DNA from: an uncultured Chloroflexia bacterium
Lineage (GTDB): Bacteria; Chloroflexota; Dehalococcoidia; UBA2979
DNA: 64,000 bases
Direction: 5' to 3'
NCBI GenBank assembly: GCA_963728205.1
Contig: CAVSIV010000002.1
Location: 288,001-352,000, forward strand
Shown one piece after another: positions 39,922 to 49,887 of this stretch (the first letter of the stretch is position 1; each line of letters begins with the position of its first letter). The notes beneath the pieces are model-generated. The model ran no database searches. It was given only the letters and a program-made list of their open reading frames with translations, and was not told the DNA's origin. The position numbers and the translations under genes are program-made.

Positions 39922-41456
39922 TTACCTGTCGCCCTCGCCCGCGGCGAATGCGCGCCCGGTGTCGAGGCGAAGCTCGAGCTCGGAGCGCGACTCCGACACC
40001 AGGCTCCACGGGAAGGCGGTCAGGTCGTGCAGCCGCTGGACGAGGGGGATGACGTCCTCGTACTCGACGGCGAGGTGGAGCGTGCCCTTGTAGAAGCGCC
40101 GGACCCGCACGCTCTTCACGCCGCGCAGGGCGCGGGCGGCGGACTGGAACTCGTTGAGGGCGCCGAAGGATCGGAACGGGTAGACGACGAGCGTGACGTG
40201 CTCGGTGAGAGCGACGGCGCCGCCGGGGCGCTCGTCTACGCCGACCATGCGACCGTCGTCATCGGGGCGATCGTCCGCCGGCGCGGGCGCCGGTGTCGCC
40301 GGCTCGCGCAGCGGCGCGAGTTCGGGCGCGATGGGGGTGGGGGTTCCGGCCGCGTAGGCGAACGGCTCGTCGGCGGGTCGGCCGCGTCGGCGGCGTCGGC
40401 GGCGTAGGCCGCGTCCGCGGTGGGTTCCGCGTGCGGCCACGGCGCGGCGTACTCGGTGGCGGCGTCCTCGGTCGGCCACGCGTCGGTCCCCCGCTCGGCG
40501 GGCGCGAGGTTCTCGGCGTCCGGCGACTGCCATGCGCGCTGCTCGGGCTGCCCGCTCGGCTGGGGCGCCGGCTCGGCGGGCGCGACGGGCGGCGTCCACG
40601 TGACGGCGGCCGGGGCGATCGGCTCGCGCGGAGCGACGGGTGGACGCGGCGCCGCGCGCTCGGAGCGCGTGTCGGCGGCGGGCGCCGCGACGACGTGTGC
40701 AGGCTCGACGGGCGGCGCGGGCGCCCGTCGCGGTTCGCTCGCCGCGGGAACGAACGTCGACGGTGTGGCCGCCGCGGCACGAGGCTCGTCGGTCCAGGCG
40801 ATGCGCGGGCGCTGGCGCGGCGGCAGCACTTCGGCGATCGGTTCCTCCTCCACGGCGACGATCGCGCGGACGCGCGCCTCCATGCCGCCGGGAAGGGTCG
40901 TGCAGCTCAGGAGCTCAAATGCGTCGAGCGCGTAGAGCGCGCGCGAGAGGCATTGCACGCCGGGGGTGTGCACCGCGAGCCAGGCGTCGGCCAGGTCGCC
41001 GCCGCGGATCAGCGAGACCTCGGTGATCTCCGCGCCCTGCTCGAGGTCGCGCGCGAACCGCAGCAGCTCCAGCTGGTCCGCGAAGCTTCCGACGCGCAAC
41101 ACGACCGTCGGCGGCGCCGTCGGCTCCGCGGGCGCGTCCGGCGCCGGCGGCGCGGCAGGCGCGTCGAACCGTGCGACCGCCGCAATGGCGCGCGCGGTAT
41201 CCGCCGACGTCGCCGGCCCCGTCCACGCGTCGGCCTCCGCGAGCGGCGGCGTGTAGTCGCGCGTCGTGTACGTGCAGATGCACGGGCCGCCGTTCACGCA
41301 CCCCGTGCAGCAGAACGCCTCGCCGTCGAAGTAGACGGGCTCGCCCGCGAGCGGCTCCTCGCAGTTCGCGCAGAGCTCGGCTCCCACGGCGCCGTATGCG
41401 ATGGCGCCCGCGCGGTAGCGCTCTGCCTGAACGGCCCCGGGTGTGTTGTCGTCCAC
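39922..41456 (-). CDS. hypothetical protein: Cys-rich N-terminus, two small alpha/beta domains, Pro/Ala linker (frameshift near 40375)
   Basis: CANC-x15-CCTGC-x5-CIC; VVLRVGSFAD... and VTLVVYPFRSF...VRRFYKGTLHLAVEY domains lie in two overlapping frames joined near 40375. Confidence 0.65.
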
Positions 41457-41476
41457 GTGATCAGATTCGCACTGGC

Positions 41477-41545
41477 CCGTATGAGGGGCCGTAGAGCGAC
41501 CGTAAAGGTTGGGTAAACCCGGTCCCCCGGCCCGCGGTCACCGTA
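41477..41545. promoter_or_regulatory. phased CCGTA repeats upstream of the glycan operon
   Basis: CCGTA at 41477, 41489 and 41500, GGGTA at 41511, CCGTA at 41541. Confidence 0.4.
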
Positions 41546-41624
41546 GTCGGTGCGTGGTGTCGGACATGGAACAGACGCCGGTCGACGCCTTACGGGATCG
41601 TCGCGACTTGCCGCGGGCCCTCAC

Positions 41625-44053
41625 TCAGCGCACGCTCGCGAGGTAGGCGACGGTCACGCCCTCGCCGCCCTCGGAGCGCTGACCGCTCTCGAACGACGTG
41701 ACGAGCGGGTGGCGCTCGAGGAGCTCGCGGACGGCGCGCCGCAGCGTGCCGGTGCCCTTGCCGTGGATCAGGCGGACCCGCGCGCGCCCCGAGCGCGCCG
41801 CCTGGTCGAGGAACGCCTCAATCTTGGGCATCGCCTCGTCCAGCCGCTGGCCCCGCACCTCGATCTCTTCGGGCACGCTGACCGTGAGCTCGGGGATCGC
41901 GGTACCGGAGCGCGCGCGCGGGAGCTCCTCCGGCGCGCCGGTGCGCTCGACCTGCTCGGTGCGCACGCGCGTGCGCAGCGCCCCGAGCTGCACGTCGAAC
42001 TCGCCGCGATCGTCGGGCTCCGCCAGCGCCTCGCCCGGCAGCGAGATCCCGCGCAGCCACACGACCACGCCCGGCGCGACCGGCACCTGCGGCGCCTCGC
42101 GGCCGCGCGCGCGACGGCGCCGCGCGAGCGCGACCTCGTCGCCGTCCTCCGCGGGCGCCTCCGGCGGCGACGCCGGCTCGAGCGCGCGCACCGCCTCGCG
42201 CGCCCGCTCGAGGTCCGACCGCGCCTGCGACAGCCGCGCCGCCTCCACCTCGCGCCGCGTGCGCTCGACCAGCCGCTCCGCTTCGCGCAGCTCGCGGCGG
42301 ATGCGCGACTGCGCCTCCTCGCGCATGCGCGCGGTGTCCCCCGCCAGCACCTCGAGCCGCCGCTCGAGCTCCTCGCGCAGCTGCTCGGCCTCCGCCGCAG
42401 CGGTGCCGGCGCGCTCGGCGCGCTGCTCGGCGGCCGTGAGCTGCGCGCGCAGGTCGCCGAGCAGCGATTCGAGGTCGCGCTGCTCCTCGGTCAGCCCGCG
42501 CCGCGCGCTCTCGATCACGTCGGCCGGCATGCCGAGGTTCGACGCGATCGCCAGCGCGTTCGACTGGCCGGGCAGGCCCATCGTCAGGCGGTACGTCGGC
42601 GACAGGCTCGCGACGTCGAACTCCACCGAGGCATTCTGCACGCCCGGCGTGCGGTGCGCGTACAGCTTCAGCTCGCTGTGGTGAGTCGTCGCGATCAGCG
42701 TCGCGCCGTCGGCAAGCAAGCGGTCGACGATCGCGATCGCGAGCGCGGCGCCCTCGGTGGGGTCGGTGCCGGCGCCGATCTCGTCGAGCAGCACGAGCGA
42801 GCGCGCGTCGGCGCGCTCGATGATGTCGATGATCGCGGTGATGTGGCCGGAGAACGTCGAGAGGCGACTGCTCGATCGACTGCTCGTCGCCGATGTCGGC
42901 GAAGACGGCGTCGTAGACCGGCACCTGCGTGCCGACCTCCGCGGGTACCGGCAGGCCGGCGAGCGCCATCAGGCAGAGCAGCCCCGCCGTCTTCAGCGCG
43001 ACGGTCTTGCCGCCGGTGTTCGGCCCGGTGATCGAGCAGCGCGTGCGTCTCGCCGCCGACCGACAGCGTCGTCGGCACGACATGGCCCTCGAGCAGCGGG
43101 TGCCGCGCGCGCTCCAGCCGCAGCTCGGCCGGCGCCTCGACGATCCAGCGCGCGGCCGCGCCGGCCGCCGCCAGCTCGGTGGCGTCGAGCTGCTCCGCCA
43201 GCCGCGCCTTCGCCAGCGCGACGTCGACGTGCGCCAGCCGCTGTACGGCGTCCACGACGTCGGTCGACGCCTGGCCGACGGCGTCGGAGAGGTCGCGGAG
43301 GATGCGATCGACCTCGTGCCGCTCCTGGATCTGCAGCTCGCGCCAGCGGTTGCCGAGCTCGACGACCTCCATCGGCTCGACGTAGAGCGTCGCGCCGGAC
43401 GCGGAGGTGTCGTGGACGACGCCGCGCACCGCGCCACGGAAGTCCGCGCGCACGGGCAGCACGTAGCGGCCGTTGCGCATCGTCACGATGGGGTCCTGCA
43501 GCGCCTCGCGCAGCGAGGACGCGTTGACGAGCGACTGCATGCGCTGCTGCAGCCGCTCGTGCGCGGTCACGAGCTCGCGGCGAATCGCGCGCAGCTCGGG
43601 GCTCGCGTCGTCGACGACCTCGCCGCGGTCGTCGATGGCGCCCTCGATCAGCTGCCGCAGCGGCCCGAGGTCCGCGATCCCTGCGCCGACCACGGCGAGC
43701 AGGGGCGCGTCTTCGGCGGCGCGGCCCAGCGCGCGCGCGACGCGTGCGGCGGCGCCGGCCGTCGCGGCGACGTTCAGGAGCTCTTCGGGGGCGAGCACGT
43801 GGCCGCGCGCAGCGCCGGCCGCGTGCTCGCGCACGTCGTGTGCGCCGGCGAGCGGTACGGTGACGCCGAGCGCCGCGAGACGCACGGCCTCGGCCGTCTC
43901 GCGCTGCCGGCGCACCACCGTGTCGCGGTCGGCGACGGGACGCACGGCGAGCGCCGACTCCCGGCCGGCGGAGAACGCGGTGTGCCGCGCCAGCCGCTCG
44001 ACGACCCGCGGGTACTCGAGGACGGCGAGCGCTCTATCGTCCGTCGCCGTCAC
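41625..44053 (-). CDS. mutS2: MutS2 endonuclease / ribosome collision factor (frameshifts near 43033 and 42863)
   Basis: [59 protein letters not shown], Smr domain IHGKGTG. Confidence 0.9.
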
Positions 44054-45436
44054 CGTTTCGCAGATCGACCTGAGCCGGCGGCAGGCCGAGGCAGTCGCGC
44101 AGCACCTGCTCGATGTGGAAGTCCTCGCGCGGGTCGACCGTGCGCGGGTCGAGCAGCACGCGGCCCTCGTGGATGCGCGCGACAATCGGCGGATCCGCAC
44201 GACGCAGCGCGGCGGCGAACGCGGTGGCATCGCCATCCGGCGGGTCGACGGCGCAGACGATGGTCGGCAGGTCCTCGCCCGGCAGCGAGCCGCCGCCGAC
44301 GGTCGAGCGCGACTCGATGGTGATGCCCTGCGGGCCGCAGGCGCGCGACCAGCGGCGCGCGCGCCGGCCGAGCGCGTCGGCGGGCTCGGCGATCATGCGC
44401 CACACCGGCACCTCGGCCTCCGCCTCGCCGCGCGCGTAGTGCTGCAGCGTCGCCGCCAGGCCGGCGATCGCCGACTTGTCGAGCCGCACCGCGCGCGCCA
44501 GCGGGTGGCGGCGCATCGTCGCGATCGGCTCGGCGCGTCCCACCGCGATCCCGGCCTGCGGCCCGCCGAGCAGCTTGTCGCCGGAGAACAGCACGACGTC
44601 GGCGCCGGCCTCCACTGCCTCCTGCACCATCGGCTCGGGCGCCAGCCCGTAGCGGCGCGTGTCGAGCAGCGCGCCGGAGCCGAGATCGTCGAGCATCAGC
44701 AGCCCGCGCTCGCGCGCCAGCTGCACCAGCTCCGCAGCGCCCGGTGACGCCGTGAAGCCGACCACGCGGAAGTTCGACGCGTGCACGCGCAGGATCGCCG
44801 CCGTGCGCTCGGTGATCGCCGCGGCGTAGTCGCGGACGTACGTGCGGTTCGTCGTGCCGACCTCGACGAGCTCGGCGCCGGACTGGCGCAGGACGTCCGG
44901 GATGCGGAAGCCGCCGCCGATCTCGACGAGCTGGCCGCGCGAGATGATCACCTCGCGGCCGGCGCACAGCGCGCCCAGCGCGAGCAGCAGGGCGGCGGCG
45001 TTGTTGTTCACCGCCAGCCCGGCGTCGGCGCCGGATACGCGACATGAGAGAGCTCGAGGTGCGCGTAGCGCGACCCGCGCTCGCCGGCGGCGACGTCGAA
45101 CTCCAGGTTCGAGTAGCCGGCTCCGACGCGCTCCATCGCCGCCAGCGTCTCGCGCGAGAGCGGGGCGCGACCCAGGTTCGTGTGGATGATCACGCCGGTC
45201 GCGTTGACGACGCGTCGCAGCGACGGCCGCAGCTCGTCGGCGCGCGACAGCAGCACCTCCACCGCCGCGGCCTCGGGCAGGGCTCCGGCGCGCTCGATGT
45301 GCTCGCGATAGCCGTCGAGCACCGCGCGGGCGAGCGCCACGACGGGGTCGCGGCCGTGCTGCGCCGCCAGCGCGCCGACGCGCGGATCGGCCAGCAGGCG
45401 ATCGACCGAGGGCAGGCGGCGGTAGAGGTCGTTCAT
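44034..45436 (-). CDS. selA: L-seryl-tRNA(Sec) selenium transferase (indels near 45030-45050)
   Basis: LPSVD, VNATGVIIHTNLGRAPL, YSNLEFD, VNNNAAA, SRGQLVEIGGGFRIP, EVGTTN, FSGDKLLGGPQAG. Confidence 0.92.
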
Positions 45437-45563
45437 GGTGGCTCCGACGGGCTGCGCGCTCCCGATTGTAAGGTGCCGTTCCGGGTTCGCGCGGGGTACG
45501 GGACCGGTCGCGGGCGCCCGATAGTTACCCAGAGAACGAGTGCGCCCCCGGAGAGGCATCGAG

Positions 45564-46851
45564 ATGTTGGCCGCAGGCCGCCGCACTGCGAAGAATGCCG
45601 AGCCCCGGCAGACGTCCAACCTGCTTGTCGCGCGCCAGCCCATCTACAACGCCCGCCTCGAGGTCACGGCGTACGAGCTCCTGTTCCGCTCGCTCCCCAG
45701 CGCGCAGCTCAGCGGCGCCGCCGGCACGCAGGCGACGGCGCGCCTGATCCTCGACAGCGTGCTCGAGCAGAGCACCCAGACGCTCACCGAGGGCCACCCG
45801 GCGCACATCAACTTCACGCGCGATCTCATCGTGGGCGGCTACGGCAGCATCGTGCCGGCCGAGTCCGTCGTCATCGAGGTCCTCGAGGACGTGCCGCACG
45901 ACGAGGAGGTGCTGACGCAGCTCCGCGCGCTCCGCGCCGGCACGTACCAGATCGCGCTCGACGACATCGTCGACATCCCGCGCGTCGAAGGCTTCAAGGA
46001 CGTCGCGTCGATCGTGAAGGTCGACCTGCCGTACGTGGAGCCGCGCGAGCTGGTCACGATGGTGCGCGATCTGCGCCGGCTGCTGCCGCGGGCGAAGCTC
46101 GTGGCCGAGAAGGTCGAGACCTGGGAGGTCTTCCAGTTCGTGCAGCGGCTCGGCTTCGACGGGTTCCAGGGCTACTTCCTGAGCAAGCCGATTGTCGTCG
46201 AGCACCGCAGCGTGCCCGTGTTCAAGGCGCACTACCTGCAGCTGCTGAACGCGACCAGCAAGCCCGAGGTCGACTTCGACGAGGTGGAGCGCATCGTGCG
46301 TGCGGAATCTCGCGCTCACGAGCAAGCTGCTGCGGCACGCGAACTCCGCGTCGTCGATGCAGACGCGCGCGATCGGCTCGATCCGCGACGCGCTCGTGCT
46401 GCTCGGCGCGGAGGGCGTGCGCCGCACCGCGGCGCTCGCCGCGCTCGCCGGCCTCGGCAACGACCGTCCGCTGCAGCTCGCGATCGACTCGGTCGTGCGC
46501 GCGCGCTTCTGCGAGTCGCTGGCGACGCTCGGCGACCTCGGCGTGCCGCGGTTCGACCTCTTCCTGCTCGGCATGTTCTCCACGGTCGACGCGATCCTCA
46601 GCATGCCGATGGATCGCGCGGTCGCGGACCTCCCGATCTCCACCGACGTGCGTGAGGCGCTGCTGCACGGAGAGGGCCGGCTGGGGGCAGTGCTCCGGCT
46701 GCTCCAGTTGCAGGAGCGTGCGCAGTGGGACGAGTTCCAGGGCGTCGCCGGCGCGCTCGGCCTCGACGTCGCCGCGATCCCGCCGCTGTACGTGGCTGCC
46801 GTCGAGTGGGCGAACGCCGCCTTCGCCGAGGACAAGGCCGCCGCGGCATAG
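45564..46851 (+). CDS. EAL-HDOD c-di-GMP phosphodiesterase (PdeH/YuxH-like; frameshift near 46306)
   Basis: [40 protein letters not shown]; HDOD LLRHANS...LLG...FLLGMFS. Confidence 0.88.
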
Positions 46852-46961
46852 AGCCGTGCCCATTCGGCTCGCTGCTCGCCGCGACGCGGCGCGCACGCGC
46901 CGCTGTGACCGGTCGCTTGCGGCCGCCGCGCGCCCGCTCGCGCGCGTGCGCGGCGTTTGCG

Positions 46962-46989
46962 TTGACCGTACGCAGCCCCCTCGTAGGAT
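46962..46989 (+). promoter_or_regulatory. sigma70-type promoter of the aminotransferase-serA operon
   Basis: TTGACC-16nt-TAGGAT. Confidence 0.6.
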
Positions 46990-47046
46990 CGAACCTCCCG
47001 GGCCACCCCTCCCGACCCCGGCAAGCGATCCCCTCGGAGGCACCTC

Positions 47047-48147
47047 GTGAACCTGCGCATCCCCGGCCCCACCCCCGTTCCGTCGGAGGTGGCCCAGGCC
47101 GGCGCTGCCGACATGATCAATCACCGCGGACCCGAGTTCGCCGCGCTCCTCAAGCGCACGACGGAGCGGGTGCAGCAGGTCTACCAGACCGCGAACCCCG
47201 TGCTCTCGCTCTCGACGTCGGGCACCGGTGGCATGGAAGCCGCCGTCGTGAACCACATCCGGCCCGGCGAGAAGGTCCTCGCGATCACGATCGGCGTGTT
47301 CGGCAAGCGCTTCGTCGAGATCCTCGAGGCCTACGGCGCGCAGCCCATCGAGCTGGCATTCGACTTCGGCACCGCGGCCGACCCCGCCCGCGTCGACGAG
47401 GCCCTCGCGAAGAACCCCGACATCAAGACCGTGCTGATCACGCACAACGAGACGTCGACGGGCACCACCAACGTCACACTGCCGGACGTCGCGAAGGTCA
47501 CGCGTCAGCACGATTGCCTGCTCATCGTGGACGCGATTTCCTCGCTCTCCTCGATCCCGGTGCAGACCGACGGGTGGGGCCTCGACGTCGTGGTCTCCGG
47601 CTCGCAGAAGGGCTGGATGGTCGCCCCCGGCCTCGCGTTCGTCTCCGTGAGCGAGCGCGCGTGGGAGCGCCAGGCGCAGAACAAAATGCCGCGCTACTAC
47701 TTCGACCTGCAGAAAGCGCGCGCATCGCTCGAGCGCGGCGAGACGCCGTGGACGCCCGCCGTGTCGCTCTTCTTCCAGCTCGACAAGGCGCTCGACCTGA
47801 TGTTCGCCGAGGGCCTCGACGCCATCTACGAGCGGCACCGCCGCCTCGCCCGCATGACCCGCGAGGGCATCCGCGCGATGGGCCTCGAGCTGCTTGCCTC
47901 CGAGGGCGTCGAGTCCGACACGGTGACCGCCGTGAAGATCCCCGACGGCGTCGACGGCTCGAAGTTCACGAAGATTGCGCGCGAGGAGTTCCAGACGGTG
48001 TTCGCCGGCGGGCAGGGCTCGCTGCGCGGCCAGATCTTCCGGTTCGGCCATCTCGGATACGTGAACGAAGACGACGTGAAGGCCGGCCTCAAGGCCGTCG
48101 AGGGCACGCTCGAGAAGCTCGGCCACCCGGTCGCCAACCGCGCCTAG
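47047..48147 (+). CDS. class V PLP aminotransferase (AGT/serine-pyruvate type; probable SerC function given serA linkage)
   Basis: [43 protein letters not shown]. Confidence 0.88.
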   Translation: MNLRIPGPTPVPSEVAQAGAADMINHRGPEFAALLKRTTERVQQVYQTANPVLSLSTSGTGGMEAAVVNHIRPGEKVLAITIGVFGKRFVEILEAYGAQPIELAFDFGTAADPARVDEALAKNPDIKTVLITHNETSTGTTNVTLPDVAKVTRQHDCLLIVDAISSLSSIPVQTDGWGLDVVVSGSQKGWMVAPGLAFVSVSERAWERQAQNKMPRYYFDLQKARASLERGETPWTPAVSLFFQLDKALDLMFAEGLDAIYERHRRLARMTREGIRAMGLELLASEGVESDTVTAVKIPDGVDGSKFTKIAREEFQTVFAGGQGSLRGQIFRFGHLGYVNEDDVKAGLKAVEGTLEKLGHPVANRA

Positions 48148-48163
48148 CCCGGAGGAGCCCCTC

Positions 48164-49759
48164 GTGGCCCGCATCCTGATCGCGGATTCGCTTGCCCGCG
48201 AGGGCGTGGACTTCCTCAGCCAGCGCCACTCGGTCGATGTGCGGACCGGGCTCTCCGAGGATGAACTGATCGAGGCGCTCGCCGGCGTCGATGCGCTGAT
48301 CGTGCGCAGCCAGACGCAGGTCACGCGCCGCGTGCTCGAGGCCGCGCGCAGCGTGCGCGTGATCGGCCGCGCGGGCGTCGGGGTCGACAACATCGATGTC
48401 GGCGCGGCGACCGAGCTCGGCGTCATCGTCGTCAACGCGCCGCTCGCGAACACGCTGTCGACCGCCGAGCACACCTTCGCGCTGATGCTCGCGCTCGCAC
48501 GCAACCTGCCGCAGGCCTACGTCTCGCTGAAGGGCGGGAAGTGGGAGCGCAGCAAGTTCAACGGCGTCGAGCTCTCCGGCAAGACGCTCGGCGTGATCGG
48601 CCTCGGCCGCATCGGCACCGAGGTCGCACACCGCGCGCGCGCCTTCGCGATGCGAGTCATCGCCTACGACCCCTTCGTCTCGAAGGACCGCGGCGCGCAG
48701 CTCGGCGTCGAGCTCATGGAGCTCGAGGAGGTGCTCGCGGAGGCGGACTTCGTCACGCTGCACACGGCGCTCCACGAGGGCAGCCGCGGCATGATCAACG
48801 CCGAGCGCCTCGCGAAGATGAAGCGGGGGGCGCGCATCATCAACGCCGCGCGCGGCGCGCTGATCGACGAGCAGGCGCTCTACGACGCGGTCGAGTCCGG
48901 ACAAATCGCGGGCGCGGCCATCGACGTCTTCTCCAGCGAACCGGCCGTCGGCAACATCCTCACGACCCACGACCGCATCGTCGTCACGCCGCACCTCGCC
49001 GCCTCCACGAACGAGGCGCAGGACCGCGCGGCGATGGACGTCGCGGTGCAGATCATCGACGTCCTCGACGGGGGCTCCGCGCGTTACGCGGTGAACGCGC
49101 CGATGGTCGACCCCGACACGATGGCGGTGATCGGCCCGTACATCGACGCCGCCGAGGTTGCCGGCAACGCCGCGATGCAGCTCGCCGGCGGTGGCGTGCA
49201 GAGCGTGCGCGTCGAGTACCTGGGCGAGATCGCGAACTACGACACGTCGCCGCTCCGCGTGGGCGTCGTCATGGGCATGCTCCAGCGCGTGACCTCCGAG
49301 AAGGTGACGGTCGTGAACGCCGCGCAGCTGGCGGCGAAGCATGGCCTGCGCATCGACGAGGAGAGCGGGCCGGCGCGCAACTCCTACGGCAACCTCGTGG
49401 TCGTCCACGCGCTGCGCGACGGCGGCGAGGAGTCGGTGGCGGTGACGCATACCGGCAGCGGCCTGCGCATCGTCGCGATCGGCCCGTACGAGGTCGAGGT
49501 GGCGCGCGCCACGCCGTACCTGCTCGCGATCGAGAACATCGACCGGCCGGGCATGGTCGGTACGGTCGGCATGACGCTCGGCGAGCTCGGCGTGAACATC
49601 TCGCACATGTCCGTGGCGGCCGGCCCGGGCGGACTCGCGCTGATGGTGCTGTGCGTCCAGCGCCCGCTCACCGACGACGAGCTGGCGCAGGTGCGCGGCC
49701 TCGCGAACATCCACAGCGCGCGCCTGGTCGACCTCAGCCGCACCCAGGTCGCGGGCTAA
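48164..49759 (+). CDS. serA: D-3-phosphoglycerate dehydrogenase (long form with ASB and ACT domains)
   Basis: [37 protein letters not shown]-terminal DRPGMVG ACT. Confidence 0.95.
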   Translation: MARILIADSLAREGVDFLSQRHSVDVRTGLSEDELIEALAGVDALIVRSQTQVTRRVLEAARSVRVIGRAGVGVDNIDVGAATELGVIVVNAPLANTLSTAEHTFALMLALARNLPQAYVSLKGGKWERSKFNGVELSGKTLGVIGLGRIGTEVAHRARAFAMRVIAYDPFVSKDRGAQLGVELMELEEVLAEADFVTLHTALHEGSRGMINAERLAKMKRGARIINAARGALIDEQALYDAVESGQIAGAAIDVFSSEPAVGNILTTHDRIVVTPHLAASTNEAQDRAAMDVAVQIIDVLDGGSARYAVNAPMVDPDTMAVIGPYIDAAEVAGNAAMQLAGGGVQSVRVEYLGEIANYDTSPLRVGVVMGMLQRVTSEKVTVVNAAQLAAKHGLRIDEESGPARNSYGNLVVVHALRDGGEESVAVTHTGSGLRIVAIGPYEVEVARATPYLLAIENIDRPGMVGTVGMTLGELGVNISHMSVAAGPGGLALMVLCVQRPLTDDELAQVRGLANIHSARLVDLSRTQVAG

Positions 49760-49786
49760 CCCAGCACCACACGCCGGCCGAGACGC

Positions 49787-49872
49787 CTGCTTCGAGCGGC
49801 GCCTGGTGAAGGCGCTGAGCCGTCTGGCTGCGTGGTGCCCTCAGCACGCTCGCCGCGTGCCGCTCGAAGCAG
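49787..49872. repeat. long inverted repeat / stem-loop between convergent serA and DUF1015
   Basis: CTGCTTCGAGCGGC (49787-49800) and GCCGCTCGAAGCAG (49859-49872), perfect 14-bp arms, with inner GCTGAG/CTCAGC pairing. Confidence 0.7.
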
Positions 49873-49887
49873 TCCGCGGTGCCGGGT

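Noticed and set aside
40380-40420. Short GCGTCGGCG tandem repeats, and GCC/GCG runs at 10340-10380
   Set aside because: They simply encode Ala/Asp-rich linkers within proteins.
41460-41620. c-di-GMP riboswitch upstream of the glycan operon
   Set aside because: GGTAAACC and CGTAAAG fragments are on the wrong strand and in the wrong order, with no GNRA/receptor arrangement.
42860-43040. Programmed frameshifting in mutS2, cdaA or selA
   Set aside because: No slippery heptamers, no known recoding in these families, and similar indels are scattered across unrelated genes.
45515-45525. Sigma28-like -10 (CCCGATAG) before EAL-HDOD
   Set aside because: No matching TAAA -35 element at the right spacing.
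49787-49872. Possible tRNA-Sec, given selA nearby and a CTTCA on the minus strand
   Set aside because: No T-loop GTTCRA, the loop is not CTTCAAA and no tRNA cloverleaf forms.
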